Shown in pieces: positions 11,913 through 23,400 of a DNA stretch of 38,861 nucleotides. A model generated the notes under the pieces. The model was not told where the DNA came from and did not search any database. It saw only the letters and a program-made list of their open reading frames with translations. The position numbers were made by a program, and so were the translations under genes. Source of the stretch: Octopus bimaculoides (taxonomy: Eukaryota); NCBI RefSeq assembly GCF_001194135.2, contig NC_068990.1:89772666-89811526 (forward strand), read 5' to 3'. How positions within the stretch are numbered: position 1 is the stretch's first letter; every line of letters begins with the position of its first letter.

Positions 11913-12729
11913 CCAGCCTTTGGAATGTCATTCCTGATGTATGTGGCCGATCATTACCCTGATAGAAGAACACCTTTCGTTTTCAAACCAAAGATGGTCG
12001 TTTTTCTTTTAGCACTGACTTAAGCCGCTCAATCTGCTCACAGTAGATTTCCTTTGTTATCGTTTGGTTTGCGTTTAAAAGTTCAAAGTGGACTAAACGT
12101 TTCGTATCCCACCAAACAGATAACAGCACCATGAGTGGCTGAAAACCTTCTTTAGCCTAAGGTGCTGGTGTTTCTCCTTTCCCTAACCACTGTCTTCGGC
12201 GCTTGACACTTTTATAGAGAACCAATTTCTCGTCACCAGTCACTATTCGGTCAAAAAAGAGTTCATTCGTGAGATGTGAGAGCAAAAAAGAGCACACATT
12301 CACTCTCTGCACGCGATTAGACTCGGAAAATTTGTGAGGAACCCATTGACCCAATTTGCTGACTTTTCCAATGGTACGCAGGTCTCCATGAATGGTTGAA
12401 TGACCAAATCCAAGCTCCCCAGTTGGTTCCTCAACAGTTACAATGGGATTTTGTTTCACCAGGGTTTGCAGGACGTCCTCATCGAACTCTACAGATCTCC
12501 CAGGATGAGGCTCACCTTCTAGGCTGTAGTTTCCGGCTCAGAATTTCTGGAATCACCGTTGACACTGGCTTACGCTTATTTTCCGATCACTATATACACT
12601 ATTATTCCTCGCACTTTCCGTTGCGTTGTTGCCTTTATCGAACACATAAAGCAAAATATGCTGAATATGCTCCTTTGTCACTTCCATTATAGCTTTGAAA
12701 AACCGCATTATTTATGGGATGACCCAATA
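11913..12729 (-). mobile_element. mariner transposon, 3'-truncated, with one TIR and a transposase pseudogene
   Basis: Terminus (minus) TA-TTGGGTCATCCCATAAATAATGCGGTTTTT at 12729-12698. ATG at 12687 opens about 258 codons without a frameshift but with 4 stops. Motifs: MEVTKEHIQHILLY, WVPHKF, IVTGDEK, VWWD, QGNDRPH. The YSPDL motif, third catalytic D and second TIR were not found. Confidence 0.92.
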
Positions 12730-13146
12730 CACTTATTTAAATTAATTCCATAAAGGAGAAGTACAAATTTAATAACAAAAGAAAATATTGATGGATTTTA
12801 AAATTTGAAGAAAATGCTGTTTCTTTTTCTAACTAATTACTGATGCTAATGAAGCATATTTTGATGAAGAAAAGGTTAAGTAAATTAACAGAGTATTGCA
12901 ATTCCTTTTATTCTGATGAAGATTTCAGTCCGAGAAACCTGTGAATATTTCTCTTATTCCTTTATAAGCTCTTGGGTATTCAGAAGATTGCATGAACAGT
13001 AACAATGCCATATTTCCTTTATGCTTCGTTGCTTAGCTTAAATTGGCAACTAAAGGGAAAAGCCCGTCCTACAAAGACCTGTAAACAGAGAGAAGAGTCA
13101 ATGCTTGCTTAGTCCTTTCTGTCACCTTTGAGTAGTAATCGCTTAC

Positions 13147-13215
13147 CAAGGGCAAAAATATTTCGAGTTGATTTCCTACCGAACACAATTCTTGCTCCTG
13201 GATTATTGTTCCAAC
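13147..13215 (-). CDS. Candidate 69-nt exon of an unidentified gene
   Basis: Acceptor aattttctAG and donor G|GTAAGC. Open in phase 1 (GWNNNPGARIVFGRKSTRNIFAL) and phase 0 (VGTIIQEQELCSVGNQLEIFLPL). Followed by a 68-nt intron-like segment ending ctcttctctctgtttacAG at 13079. No homology recognised. Confidence 0.35.
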
Positions 13216-13631
13216 CTAGAAAATTGTATTAACAATGATGGAGTACTTCGACGACCATAAATTTAAACGTATTTCCCATTAAATCTACTTATAAATTCAC
13301 TAACTTCAAGAAAATATCTGCTGATTTCCTTTTCTAGCGCAGTCAAATACTACAATTCTATAAATAATTCGTCTTCACCATCAGCAACAACAATTGATGA
13401 CAATTCCGCACAAATTGCAACATTTTTTTTGGTATTCTTCCAAAATTCTTACTTGTAAACAGAAACTTTTTAGTTATCCTGAATTTTATGATGCTTTTAT
13501 TTCTTCCTGGCATCTGAATTTATCCAACAGCGATACAATGAGATACCTTCTAAGTGAGTGACTCTTATCGTTTTGTAGCTCAACCCCTGCACCATTACTG
13601 AATGCCGTTTCAACCTCCCTCTGCTCAAGTA

Positions 13632-13633
13632 AC

Positions 13634-13709
<76 letters not shown>

Positions 13710-13739
13710 TAATAATAATAATAAAAAATAAAAAAATAA

Positions 13740-13785
<46 letters not shown>

Positions 13786-13790
13786 TAATG
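13632..13790. repeat. (TAA)n microsatellite
   Basis: Direct reading. It produces the poly-L/I/Y ORFs at 13497-13874. Confidence 0.97.
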
Positions 13791-13809
13791 ATGATCATGA
13801 TGATATGGT

Positions 13810-14192
13810 GAGGACGCATGGCATAGTGTAAGGACGTTGCACTCACTTGTGGTTTCGATTCCTAGAGCGAGCACTCACTTGTGGTTTCAATTCCTAGACC
13901 AAGTGCTACATTGTGTTTTTGAGCAAAACACTTCCTCTCACGCTGCTCTTCGATCACTTCAACGCCTGTCGCACGGCACACACACCTTTGCACCTGTATG
14001 CATTTATTTGTGTGTTTGTGTTTGTGCCCCCACCACCGCTTGACAACCGATGCTGGTGTGTTTACGTCCCCGTAACTTAGCGGTTCGGCAAAACAGACCG
14101 ATAGAATCAGTACTAGGCTTACAAAGAATAAGTACTGCGGGTCGATTTGTTCGACTAAAGGCAGTGCTCCAGCATGGCCGCAGTCAAATGAA
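13810..14192 (+). mobile_element. Composite SINE: tRNA-derived head (family D) with duplicated B-box, followed by the 3' half of family A
   Basis: gcatggcatagtgtaagg (A-box), ggtttc(g/a)attcc twice, CORE-like tgtgtttttgagcaaaacactt, then from about 13992 gcttgacaaccgatgctggtgtgtttacgtccccgtaacttagcggttcggcaaaa...gcatggccgcagtcaaatga. Confidence 0.75.
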
Positions 14193-14744
14193 TAACTAAT
14201 GAATACGCTGTGCTGATGAAGGATATTCATTAGCATAATATAAATTTAAAAGTAAGATGTTTGATATTTGACTGGGCCACGTTTTGCGTCTTTGTAGCCA
14301 ACGAGCTATTAGCAGCCAACTGTTTTACCATTTCTTAACCAGCTATGAGGAAGGGAAGCTTACAACAATAAATTTTCTCTCTTCCAGAGACTGTAATATT
14401 CATTTAGTTATAAAACCATAACTCTTCACAGCCATTTTATTAGAATAGTACTTGAGCAAGGGACATTATGGAATTTATTAGTTCTTCAGGAAAACCTGTT
14501 GTAATATTCTATAATATTGTATGTATCTTACTTCAAATGAATTTACAGCCCACGTAGTCAGCTTTGGCTCTGTAAACGCTTTAAATTTAGTTTCCATTGT
14601 TTCCTTAGAGACTAGAAGACGAAGATATTAACATTTCTAATAAGCCTCAGTTGATTATATGTGTTTCTAAAAGTGTTTTTCGATTGGAAAAGTTGCGAAA
14701 GTGCAATAATTGGTGTTTTGCTAATAATTACTATTATTGTTACT

Positions 14745-15097
14745 CTCTTTGACTCTTTTACATGTTTCGGTCATTTGACTGCGGCCATGCTGGAGCACCG
14801 CATTTAGTCGAACAAATCGACTCCCGAACATGCTCTTTGAAAGCTTAGTACTTGTTCTATTGGTCTCATTTGTCGAACCACTACGTTTCGGGGTCATAAA
14901 CACACCAACATCGGTTGTCAAGCGATGGTAGGTTGACAAACACAGACACACGTATATATATATACGACGGGCTTAGGATTTAGTCGGCGCGAGGCTATAG
15001 TAGAAGACACTTGCCCAAGATACTACGCAGTGGGACTGAACCCGGAGCCATGTGGTCGGGAAGCATGCTACTTACCACACAGCCATTCCTGCGCCTA
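14745..15097 (-). mobile_element. SINE family A, full length (tRNA head plus CORE-like segment)
   Basis: Minus strand: ggcgcaggaatggctgtgtggtaag (A-box), gggttcagtcccactgcg (B-box), cttgggcaagtgtcttc (CORE-like), internal microsatellite, and 3' gcatggccgcagtcaaatgaccgaaac. Octopus CORE-SINEs are known; the exact family is not assigned. Confidence 0.9.
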
Positions 15098-15117
15098 TAC
15101 ATATATATATATATATA

Positions 15118-15385
15118 GTACTTATTGTATTGATCTCATTTGTCGAACCGCTACGTTTCGGGGACGTAAACACAGACACAGTCCGACGAACAGGAGCGTG
15201 AGTAACAGTTTTTGTGATATTTTTGCTGTTTTTTAATAAAGCAGATACATATACATATATATACACGACAGGATTCTTTCAGTTTCCGACTACCAAATCC
15301 AATCAAGGCATTGATTGGCCTGATGATATAGTAGAAGTGTATATGTTTGCCCAGGGTGTCACGCAGTGGGACTGAACCCAGAACC
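15118..15385 (-). mobile_element. SINE family A, partial copy with a foreign insert of about 65 bp
   Basis: Contains gggttcagtcccactgcgtgacaccctgggcaaac and ggatttggtagtcggaaactgaaagaa. 15180-15245 does not match other copies. Confidence 0.8.
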
Positions 15386-17993
15386 CTGGCGAGTAGGTTT
15401 ATTCTGCAATGGATCGGCGCGCCTTTCGCTAGGGAGGAATGTTGTAATCTCTCTGATACGACTTGGAAACGCATTTAAGCACCGGCCTTATGAGACCTTC
15501 TTAGATTTTTGACAGTTTTGATGGAAAGTTATATTTACATAATTTTGAAAAGAAAGATGCTTTTATTCTAGTCTCAAGGGCAGTCTCTTTGTTTCTCAGA
15601 TCACGATCCCGCTAAACAACTACTGCGCTCCTTTGATATCTTCTGCTGTTTTTCATCTCATAACACTTCTAGGGAAACGTTAAGGCTCATTGCTTGTTAA
15701 GAGGTCGTTCGACTTGCTAATATTAAAAAAAAAAAATAGCAGAAATGTCCCTCAAACTACAACCTATCGTCTCCAACATCTCGTATAACATCTCTTTCTC
15801 TCGGTGGATTACTAATGACTAGTAGACACCGGAAGGTGAGCGCTGGAGTCATGTTAATCATACGAATACTTAATCAGGAACCAAGATGTTAAACAGCAAC
15901 TCCATACAAGCAATATAACGTGTCGATACTGTCTAATTTATGTTTCTCCCTGTACAATTAGCATTGTCTATAAGCAGAGAAAAATCAATATTCTTAAAGT
16001 AATCCAGTATGATCTGTGTAATATATAATTTATTTTCAAAATGTTTTCAATATTTCTATTAAAAGTTTAATAAAAGCATCCAAAACAAAGATTTGCAAAT
16101 AAAGACGCTGGAATAAAGATCTAATATTCAAACCACTCAAAATCGCGAGATACATATTAACTCGTGCTTTTAACTGGCTTGGTTTTTATGAAATCTTTTT
16201 TTTTATATATATAATTTACGTTATTAGCGCGTCGAAAATTTCTTTTTCTGATATTGTATATAATCAATGTGCAACCAACATTTACACACACAGACAAAGA
16301 TACAAAGACACACAGAAACAGACAGAGACACATACACGGACACGCACACTACCATATATATATACATATATATNNNNNNNNNNNNNNNNNNNNNNNNNNN
16401 NNNNNNNNNNNNNNNNNNNNNNNNNNNNNNNNNNNNNNNNNNNNNNNNNNNNNNNNNNNNNNNNNNNNNNNNNNNNNNNNNNNNNNNNNNNNNNNNNNNN
16501 NNNNNNNNNNNNNNNNNNNNNNNNNNNNNNNNNNNNNNNNNNNNNNNNNNNNNNNNNNNNNNNNNNNNNNNNNNNNNNNNNNNNNNNNNNNNNNNNNNNN
16601 NNNNNNNNNNNNNNNNNNNNNNNNNNNNNNNNNNNNNNNNNNNNNNNNNNNNNNNNNNNNNNNNNNNNNNNNNNNNNNNNNNNNNNNNNNNNNNNNNNNN
16701 NNNNNNNNNNNNNNNNNNNNNNNNNNNNNNNNNNNNNNNNNNNNNNNNNNNNNNNNNNNNNNNNNNNNNNNNNNNNNNNNNNNNNNNNNNNNNNNNNNNN
16801 NNNNNNNNNNNNNNNNNNNNNNNNNNNNNNNNNNNNNNNNNNNNNNNNNNNNNNNNNNNNNNNNNNNNNNNNNNNNNNNNNNTATATATATATATACATA
16901 CACGTATATATGTGTATGTGGCGTATGTATGTGTGTGTGTGTTACAGCATATATATATATATATACATATACGTATGTGAATCTGTAAATGTGTGCCTGA
17001 TGCGCACATTAACGAAATAATCGCGAATAACGTTAATTTGCCCAATGTATTCAGACATACACAGAGCTACAGATGCGATCAAGCGTACACACGTCCACAC
17101 ATTCCAAGCAACACAGAGAAACGCCGAGCTTACTAAAACACACTTACACACACACATACACCTACTTAATCACGTGTACTCAACCATCGTTGAAGCACGC
17201 ATACGCATTCATACTCACGTTTACTCACCTCACACATCAGACCCATAGCCTTTGCATACGTAGTTACGAATACAATCACGTAGATACACGAAATCATATT
17301 CATTCACGAAACGTTTCATATTATTTTTTTTTTCCTGTATTCTGTTCTTTCTTCAAGGAAAGACAATTCTTGAAACAGTTGTGAATACGAATAGAAATAC
17401 ATTTATAATGATGACGTAATTACTGAAGAATGACTACAAACTCACACACACACATTCGTGAGTGCGTGTGAGTTATAGTTCTTATGTTGTAACAAGGCCA
17501 GTAATCTTTAGGATGAACGTTAAGTAAGGGGAGGGAGTAAAGGTAAGGGAGTAAATCTGTTCATAGTAATCGCATAAGCGCGCATGTCCATACATACATT
17601 GCGCGCCCGCACACCCACGTACATGCGCCTATCCACCCTCACTTGAAACACACACATGCTCACCAACACATTCGCCAAAAAAATATACATACCCGCATAT
17701 ACGATCGCGCACACACACACGCGCACAAAAACGGTAATCTTAATAGCTCTTTTGTCTTAATAACGGTCAATCACGCAGTTATTTCTTTTTGCTTTAACGG
17801 TCATTTTCATTGCATTTTTTCGATGGTCCAACAACTGAAGAAATGCCGGCGTGGGTTTCCGCCCCAACATCCGAAACTCGGAGTTTTATCATTGCTGCCG
17901 AATAATTGTCACATATTATATTTACTGTTAAATTCCTCTATTTACATAATATCGAGGTCTCTTTTATTCTTTTGTCGTCTTGCCATTTCTATC

Positions 17994-18131
<138 letters not shown>

Positions 18132-18505
18132 TACATACATACATATGTACACATACGTATGCAAGCCAAGTATTACATGCTTACAAGAATACTTGTCGTC
18201 ACACACGTATATACAGATACACACGCGCACAATCAAACTACCACGGGCTGAGTGGTAACCATAACAACAGGTGATGAGATACATGTAAGTATATAAGTAT
18301 ATATAACATCAAAAACCAAAGAATAACAACAATCATAAATGCCAATACAACAAAAAACAAACAATTTATGAACTGAAAAGAAAAACAAGTTTTGCAAAAC
18401 AGTACGATACACATTTGCCAAAGGAAATAAGAGGAAAATACAAACAATATCGTTAAATGTTTGCTTGGATCGGAAATATGTATGGAAAGAAAGAAAGACA
18501 CGCGC

Positions 18506-18507
<2 letters not shown>

Positions 18508-18595
<88 letters not shown>

Positions 18596-19009
18596 GGTGG
18601 TTGTCTACTCCTTATGCAGAGTCTGACCACCTCCTGCACCTACACTTTAGAACCATAATGGCGTCTGATGTGGCTTTTAAAACCAGACAATGTTTTGAAA
18701 AGACACCCACATAGATTGCATATCCAATTTGGACCATCAAGAGCTGCAGTTAAGTTCTGAACTTTGTGGATCTTAAAATGTCTTTTGGAGCCTTCGTTGG
18801 ATTTGTAGACCTCATGGCAGACATGACATTGAAAGGTGTGCACAGAGATATAGGCAGAATAGTTGGTGGAGGTTCGTTTTTCATGGGTCCACGTTATGAG
18901 ATTTGAGCCCGGCAAAAGAAAGGCGTGGACTGTCACAAACTGTACACACAAAAAGGACATTGTGATTCACCTTTTCGATCGTAACATTCTTCTTTAAATC
19001 TCTCTTGAG
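18508..19009 (-). mobile_element. 5'-truncated LINE 3' end (RTE-like) encoding three C2H2 zinc fingers, with a short 3'UTR and (TA)n tail
   Basis: LKRDLKKN...FVCTVCDSPRLSFAGLKSH (18896-18946), one frameshift, then CHVCHEVYKSNEGSKRHFKIH (18766-18828) and CNLCGCLFKTLSGFKSHIRRH (18658-18720). Stop at 18640, about 46 nt of UTR, then (TA)n at 18508-18593. There are no TGEKP linkers. The clade assignment is inference. Confidence 0.7.
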
Positions 19010-19242
19010 ATACATATATACACATATACATATATACATATATAAATGTGAATTTGTCTGCGTATTTTCATGGTAGAACGCAGTCCACCACGGCTGGCAA
19101 ATACATAATTTTCTAACATATTATTATGTAAAATTTATAGCTTCTGCCTGGATATAAATTTGAAGAACAAACAAACTTTCCAACTAATACTTAATTAACA
19201 TAAATATAACAAATTATTGTAAATAAACATATATTAACATAT

Positions 19243-19536
19243 GTAGGCGCAGGAGTGGCTGTGTGGTAAGTAGCTTGCTTACCAACCACATGGTTCAGTC
19301 CCACTGCGTGGCACCTTGAGCAAGTGTCTTCTACTAAAGCCTCAGGCCGACTAAAGCCTAAGCCCCTCGTATATATATATATATATATNNNNNNNNNNNN
19401 NNNNNNNNNNNNNNNNNNNNNNNNNNNNNNNNNNNNNNNNNNNNNNNNNNNNNNNNNNNNNNNNNNNNNNNNNNNNNNNNNNNNNNNNNNNNNNNNNNNN
19501 NNNNNNNNNNNNNNNNNNNNNNNNNNNNNNNNNNNN

Positions 19537-19581
<45 letters not shown>

Positions 19582-19790
19582 TTGTGTTTGTGTGTCTGTC
19601 CCCCACCAGCGCTTGACAACCGATGTTGGTGTGTTTACGTCCCCGTAACATAGTGGTTCGGCAAAAAGAGTCCGATAGAAGAAGTATTAGGCTTACAAAG
19701 AATAAGTTCTGGGGTCGATTTGTTCGACTGAAGGTGGTGTTACAAGATGGGCGCTGTCAAATGGCTGAAACAAATAAAAGAATAAAAGAA
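19243..19790 (+). mobile_element. SINE family A, full length, internal microsatellite spanning an assembly gap
   Basis: ggcgcaggagtggctgtgtggtaag, ggttcagtcccactgcgtggcaccttgagcaagtgtcttc, (TA)n-gap-(TG)n, then gcttgacaaccgatgttggtgtgtttacgtccccg...gaaacaaataaaagaataaaaga. Confidence 0.9.
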
Positions 19791-20877
19791 TTAACGATTA
19801 TTAAAACGAAAGAAATAGTACGAAAATGAGAGTTACTAAGCAACAAACTAACTAGTAAACAGCATGAAAAGGAAGCTTACAGTCATAATTATATCAGCTT
19901 GCTAACACGCATGAAACATTAAGCCAGTAAGTCTAACACAACAAACATATTTAATTTCTCCGGGAAATGATTAAAAATACAACGATAAAAGATATTAATA
20001 GACTAAACAAACATTCAAGTAATAATTACATGAAATCAAATGACAGCAAAAACATACATGGTATGTTTTATACTAACACTATGTCTTAACGACTGCATAG
20101 GCGGAAATAGAACTATTAATATTTTGTACTAGGGTTAACTAAGTTAAGTTCAAATGAAATTACAAACAAATTACAACGTACAGAAGCAAAGACGGGGAAC
20201 CTTGAACACAACAAAAAAGCTAACACCCTTGGTACTTGCAACTCTCTGACCCCATTCTGAAGGTCAATCGTTTAATCCAATGATCCTGATCAAAAACGAT
20301 CAAAACCTTCTAAGTCGGAGATATAAGCGACCATCAAAATAAAGGGAGAAAGACATCCCCCAAACCGTTATGAAGCTTCTAATGATAACTCAGAAAAACC
20401 AAAACACTTGTTAATGGCTAAGATTTATAAAATAGTACAAGCTGAATATTACATTGTAGGTTTGGAAAGATCATATTTTGACAAATAATTCGTTCTTTAC
20501 TTAAGTAACAATGAAAATTTTAATAATAGCTTATATTGCTAAATCTTACCAATTATATCCTCTAGGATAGCATTTTATTAACGAATAAGCGACGTTCATT
20601 ATATTACCTCATCTGATAAACTGATATGAAATCACATTGTAACTAACTCCTATAGATATACAGCTCGATACTATTGGCATTGCAATAAATCTAAAATTTA
20701 AATTATCGGTCTTATATACAAATATTAAAAAAAACTTTACAAGGAGGTTCCCCGTTATGACCGCAATCTAGTGACTAAAATCGCTAAAAGATAAAAAAAA
20801 ATAGAAGATATGTAGACAGACACGTGTGTGTGTGTGTGTATGTACATACATATGTGTGTGTGTTTATAGATAGGGAA

Positions 20878-20948
20878 ATAGGTAGGTAGGTAGGTAGGTA
20901 AATAGGTAGGTGGGTATGTAAATAGGTAGGTAGGTAGGTGGGTAGGTA
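20878..20948. repeat. (GGTA)n imperfect microsatellite
   Basis: Direct reading. Confidence 0.9.
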
Positions 20949-21086
20949 TCCATTTCCAGAATAATCAGGAAAAGCACCGGCACAGTTTCGATTACCTGTT
21001 GTTATTCGTAGATTTACTGCAGGAACTTCTTAGTGGTGGTTGGGGTAACACTATTATCAAAATAGGAGATAGAATGTGTAATACTC

Positions 21087-21145
21087 TTTATTAGGTATAA
21101 CGCATGTTTCGACCCGTTCTGGGACTCTTCGGGTACATCAATAAA
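21087..21145 (-). ncRNA. Degenerate type I hammerhead ribozyme remnant (probably inactive)
   Basis: Minus strand: tttattgatgtac-CCGAAGA-G-t-ccc-agaac-ggg-t-C-GAAA-C-atgc-GT-T-atacctaataaa. The order stem I / CUGANGA-like core / stem II / GAAA / stem III / cleavage triplet / stem I' is correct. U4 is replaced by C. Confidence 0.5.
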
Positions 21146-21159
21146 AAGTCCCACTAGAG

Positions 21160-21330
21160 GGCATTTCGTCTGTCTTTTCGTTCTGTGTTCAAATTCCTCC
21201 CAGGTCGACTTTGCCTTTCATCCTTTCGGGTTCGATAAATTAAGTACCAGTTGCGTACTGGGGTCGATGTACTCGACTGGCTCCCCTCCCCCCAAAATTT
21301 TGGGCCTTGTGCTTAGAGTAGAAAAGAATA
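21160..21330 (+). mobile_element. SINE family B, 5'-truncated
   Basis: gttcaaattcctcccaggtcgactttgcctttcatcctttcgggttcgataaattaagtaccagttgcgtactggggtcgat...gggccttgtgcttagagtagaaaaga. Confidence 0.88.
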
Positions 21331-21362
21331 ACTTATGAATGAATTTTCTGGGCGAATTACAT

Positions 21363-21612
21363 GTGGAAGCTTGTGCGTGTGTATGTGTGTGAGTGTTTGT
21401 GTCCGCGCCATTTTACAACCGGTGTTGGTTCGTTTACGTTCCCATAACCAAAGATTTCGGCAAAAGAGAACGGTTGAATAAGTGCCAGACTATCAGACTT
21501 TGAAAAGTAGATAATCGCTGAGGTTGATTTGTTCGACTAAACTCTTCAAGGTGGTGCTCCAGTATGACCGCATTCCAATAGTTGAAACAAGTCAATCATA
21601 CACGATAAAAGA
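21363..21612 (+). mobile_element. SINE family A 3' half, diverged
   Basis: acaaccggtgttggttcgtttacgttccc...ttcggcaaaagaga...gatttgttcgactaaa...ggtggtgctccagtatgaccgca. Confidence 0.75.
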
Positions 21613-22319
21613 TGTCGACTTGCTGTTTTTATAAATAAATAACACAGAACTATTGCTGGTAGTTTATTATTGATTAAATGTTAGAATGATTTATTAGCTT
21701 TAAACATACCCGGTGCCCCTCTCACTCATCAAGATGAAGAGACTCGATCACTGACTACAGTTCAGCTACTCCGATACCAGTTAACACCGACGACGAAGCA
21801 TAGCTTTAAGCATAGTTTATTTAAATTACATTCCGACCGTCAGTGAAATCATGTGAGACACCGGTTTGCTTTCTTCTGCATTCTTCCATTTTTCGAACGC
21901 TCTTCTGTTCTGCGCTCTCTTTGCGCCTCTTTTCTAAATTACTTCCTGTTATTGTTGTCTCAGTCGATATTTATTTCATCAAATAAAATCAATATTAAGT
22001 TAGTTCCCTCAGTATTGCAAAGTAGGTAAATACATTAGACATAAATGCTTCATATTTCTCAGAGAAATTAATTTTTGTTTTCGTTTGATTTCTCCAAATA
22101 CGGAGACATACATACATACATACATATATACATACAGGCACACGTACATGCTTATTAAGGAAAGGAAACTATTAAAAACATTGAGTAATCCTTTCATTTG
22201 ATGTTGAATTGTTTTCATATAACTGGTTTCATATGATTGTTTTCATATAAAAACAGACATACATATATATGTAATATATATAAATGTATATGCATATATA
22301 TATATATATACATACATGT

Positions 22320-22362
<43 letters not shown>

Positions 22363-22964
22363 NNNNNNNNNNNNNNNNNNNNNNNNNNNNNNNNNNNNNN
22401 NNNNNNNNNNNNNNNNNNNNNNNNNNNNNNNNNNNNNNNNNNNNNNNNNNNNNNNNNNNNNNNNNNNNNNNNNNNNNNNNNNNNNNNNNNNNNNNNNNNN
22501 NNNNNNNNNNNNNNNNNNNNNNNNNNNNNNNNNNNNNNNNNNNNNNNNNNNNNNNNNNNNNNNNNNNNNNNNNNNNNNNNNNNNNNNNNNNNNNNNNNNN
22601 NNNNNNNNNNNNNNNNNNNNNNNNNNNNNNNNNNNNNNNNNNNNNNNNNNNNNNNNNNNNNNNNNNNNNNNNNNNNNNNNNNNNNNNNNNNNNNNNNNNN
22701 NNNNNNNNNNNNNNNNNNNNNNNNNNNNNNNNNNNNNNNNNNNNNNNNNNNNNNNNNNNNNNNNNNNNNNNNNNNNNNNNNNNNNNNNNNNNNNNNNNNN
22801 NNNNNNNNNNNNNNNNNNNNNNNNNNNNNNNNNNNNNNNNNNNNNNNNNNNNNNNNNNNNNNNNNNNNNNNNNNNNNNNNNNNNNNNNNNNNNNNNNNNN
22901 NNNNNNNNNNNNNNNNNNNNNNNNNNNNNNNNNNNNNNNNNNNNNNNNNNNNNNNNNNNNNNNN

Positions 22965-22995
<31 letters not shown>

Positions 22996-23107
22996 TAAGG
23001 ATTACTCCGAAGTAGCAATAGCATTACTTTTGATTCGATAATTATATACAGCTTTTAAGACCAACATATGTTTCAGTTGTACCGACAAGTAATCGATGCA
23101 ATATATA

Positions 23108-23257
23108 TGAAGGCACAAGCCTCAGTGATTAGAGTGTTGCACTCGTGGTCTCGATTCGCAGGGCGGGCATTGCGTTATGTTCTTGCGCAAAACCTTCATT
23201 TTATGACTGGTTCATTCCCCCAAAATTTCGGGTCTTGTGCCTAGAGTAGAAAAGGAT
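23108..23257 (+). mobile_element. SINE family D head joined to a family B 3' tail
   Basis: gcctcagtgattagagtgttgcactcgtggtctcgattcgc...gttcttgcgcaaaaccttcattt resembles 13810-13935. It is followed by cccccaaaatttcgggtcttgtgcctagagtagaaaag, which resembles 21290-21328. Confidence 0.6.
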
Positions 23258-23352
23258 ATATATTTTATTTTGAGTAGCTACAAACATTTTGAAGGAATAC
23301 ACTTGCTTGTTGTTCGTCTTTTGTTTTTCCATAAATTTCAACAATATACATG

Positions 23353-23400
<48 letters not shown>

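Noticed and set aside
12913-12943. CTGATGA...GAGAAAC hammerhead-like string
   Set aside because: Stem II does not close against the core (extra GA), there is no valid NUH triplet and no stem I.
13497-13874. Poly-Leu/Ile ORF resembling a membrane protein
   Set aside because: Antisense translation of (TAA)n.
18640-18960. Host C2H2 transcription-factor exon
   Set aside because: Frameshift in the first finger, no TGEKP linkers, no acceptor site, and a simple-repeat tail just after the stop; a LINE end fits better.
20878-20948. (GGTA)n as a G-quadruplex
   Set aside because: Mostly GG runs, so at best a weak two-tier structure; an ordinary microsatellite.
21830-21965. Lys/Arg/Glu-rich minus-strand frame (LEKRRKESAEQKSVRKMEECRRK)
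   Set aside because: Could be a decayed LINE C-terminus, but it has no diagnostic motif or usable acceptor.
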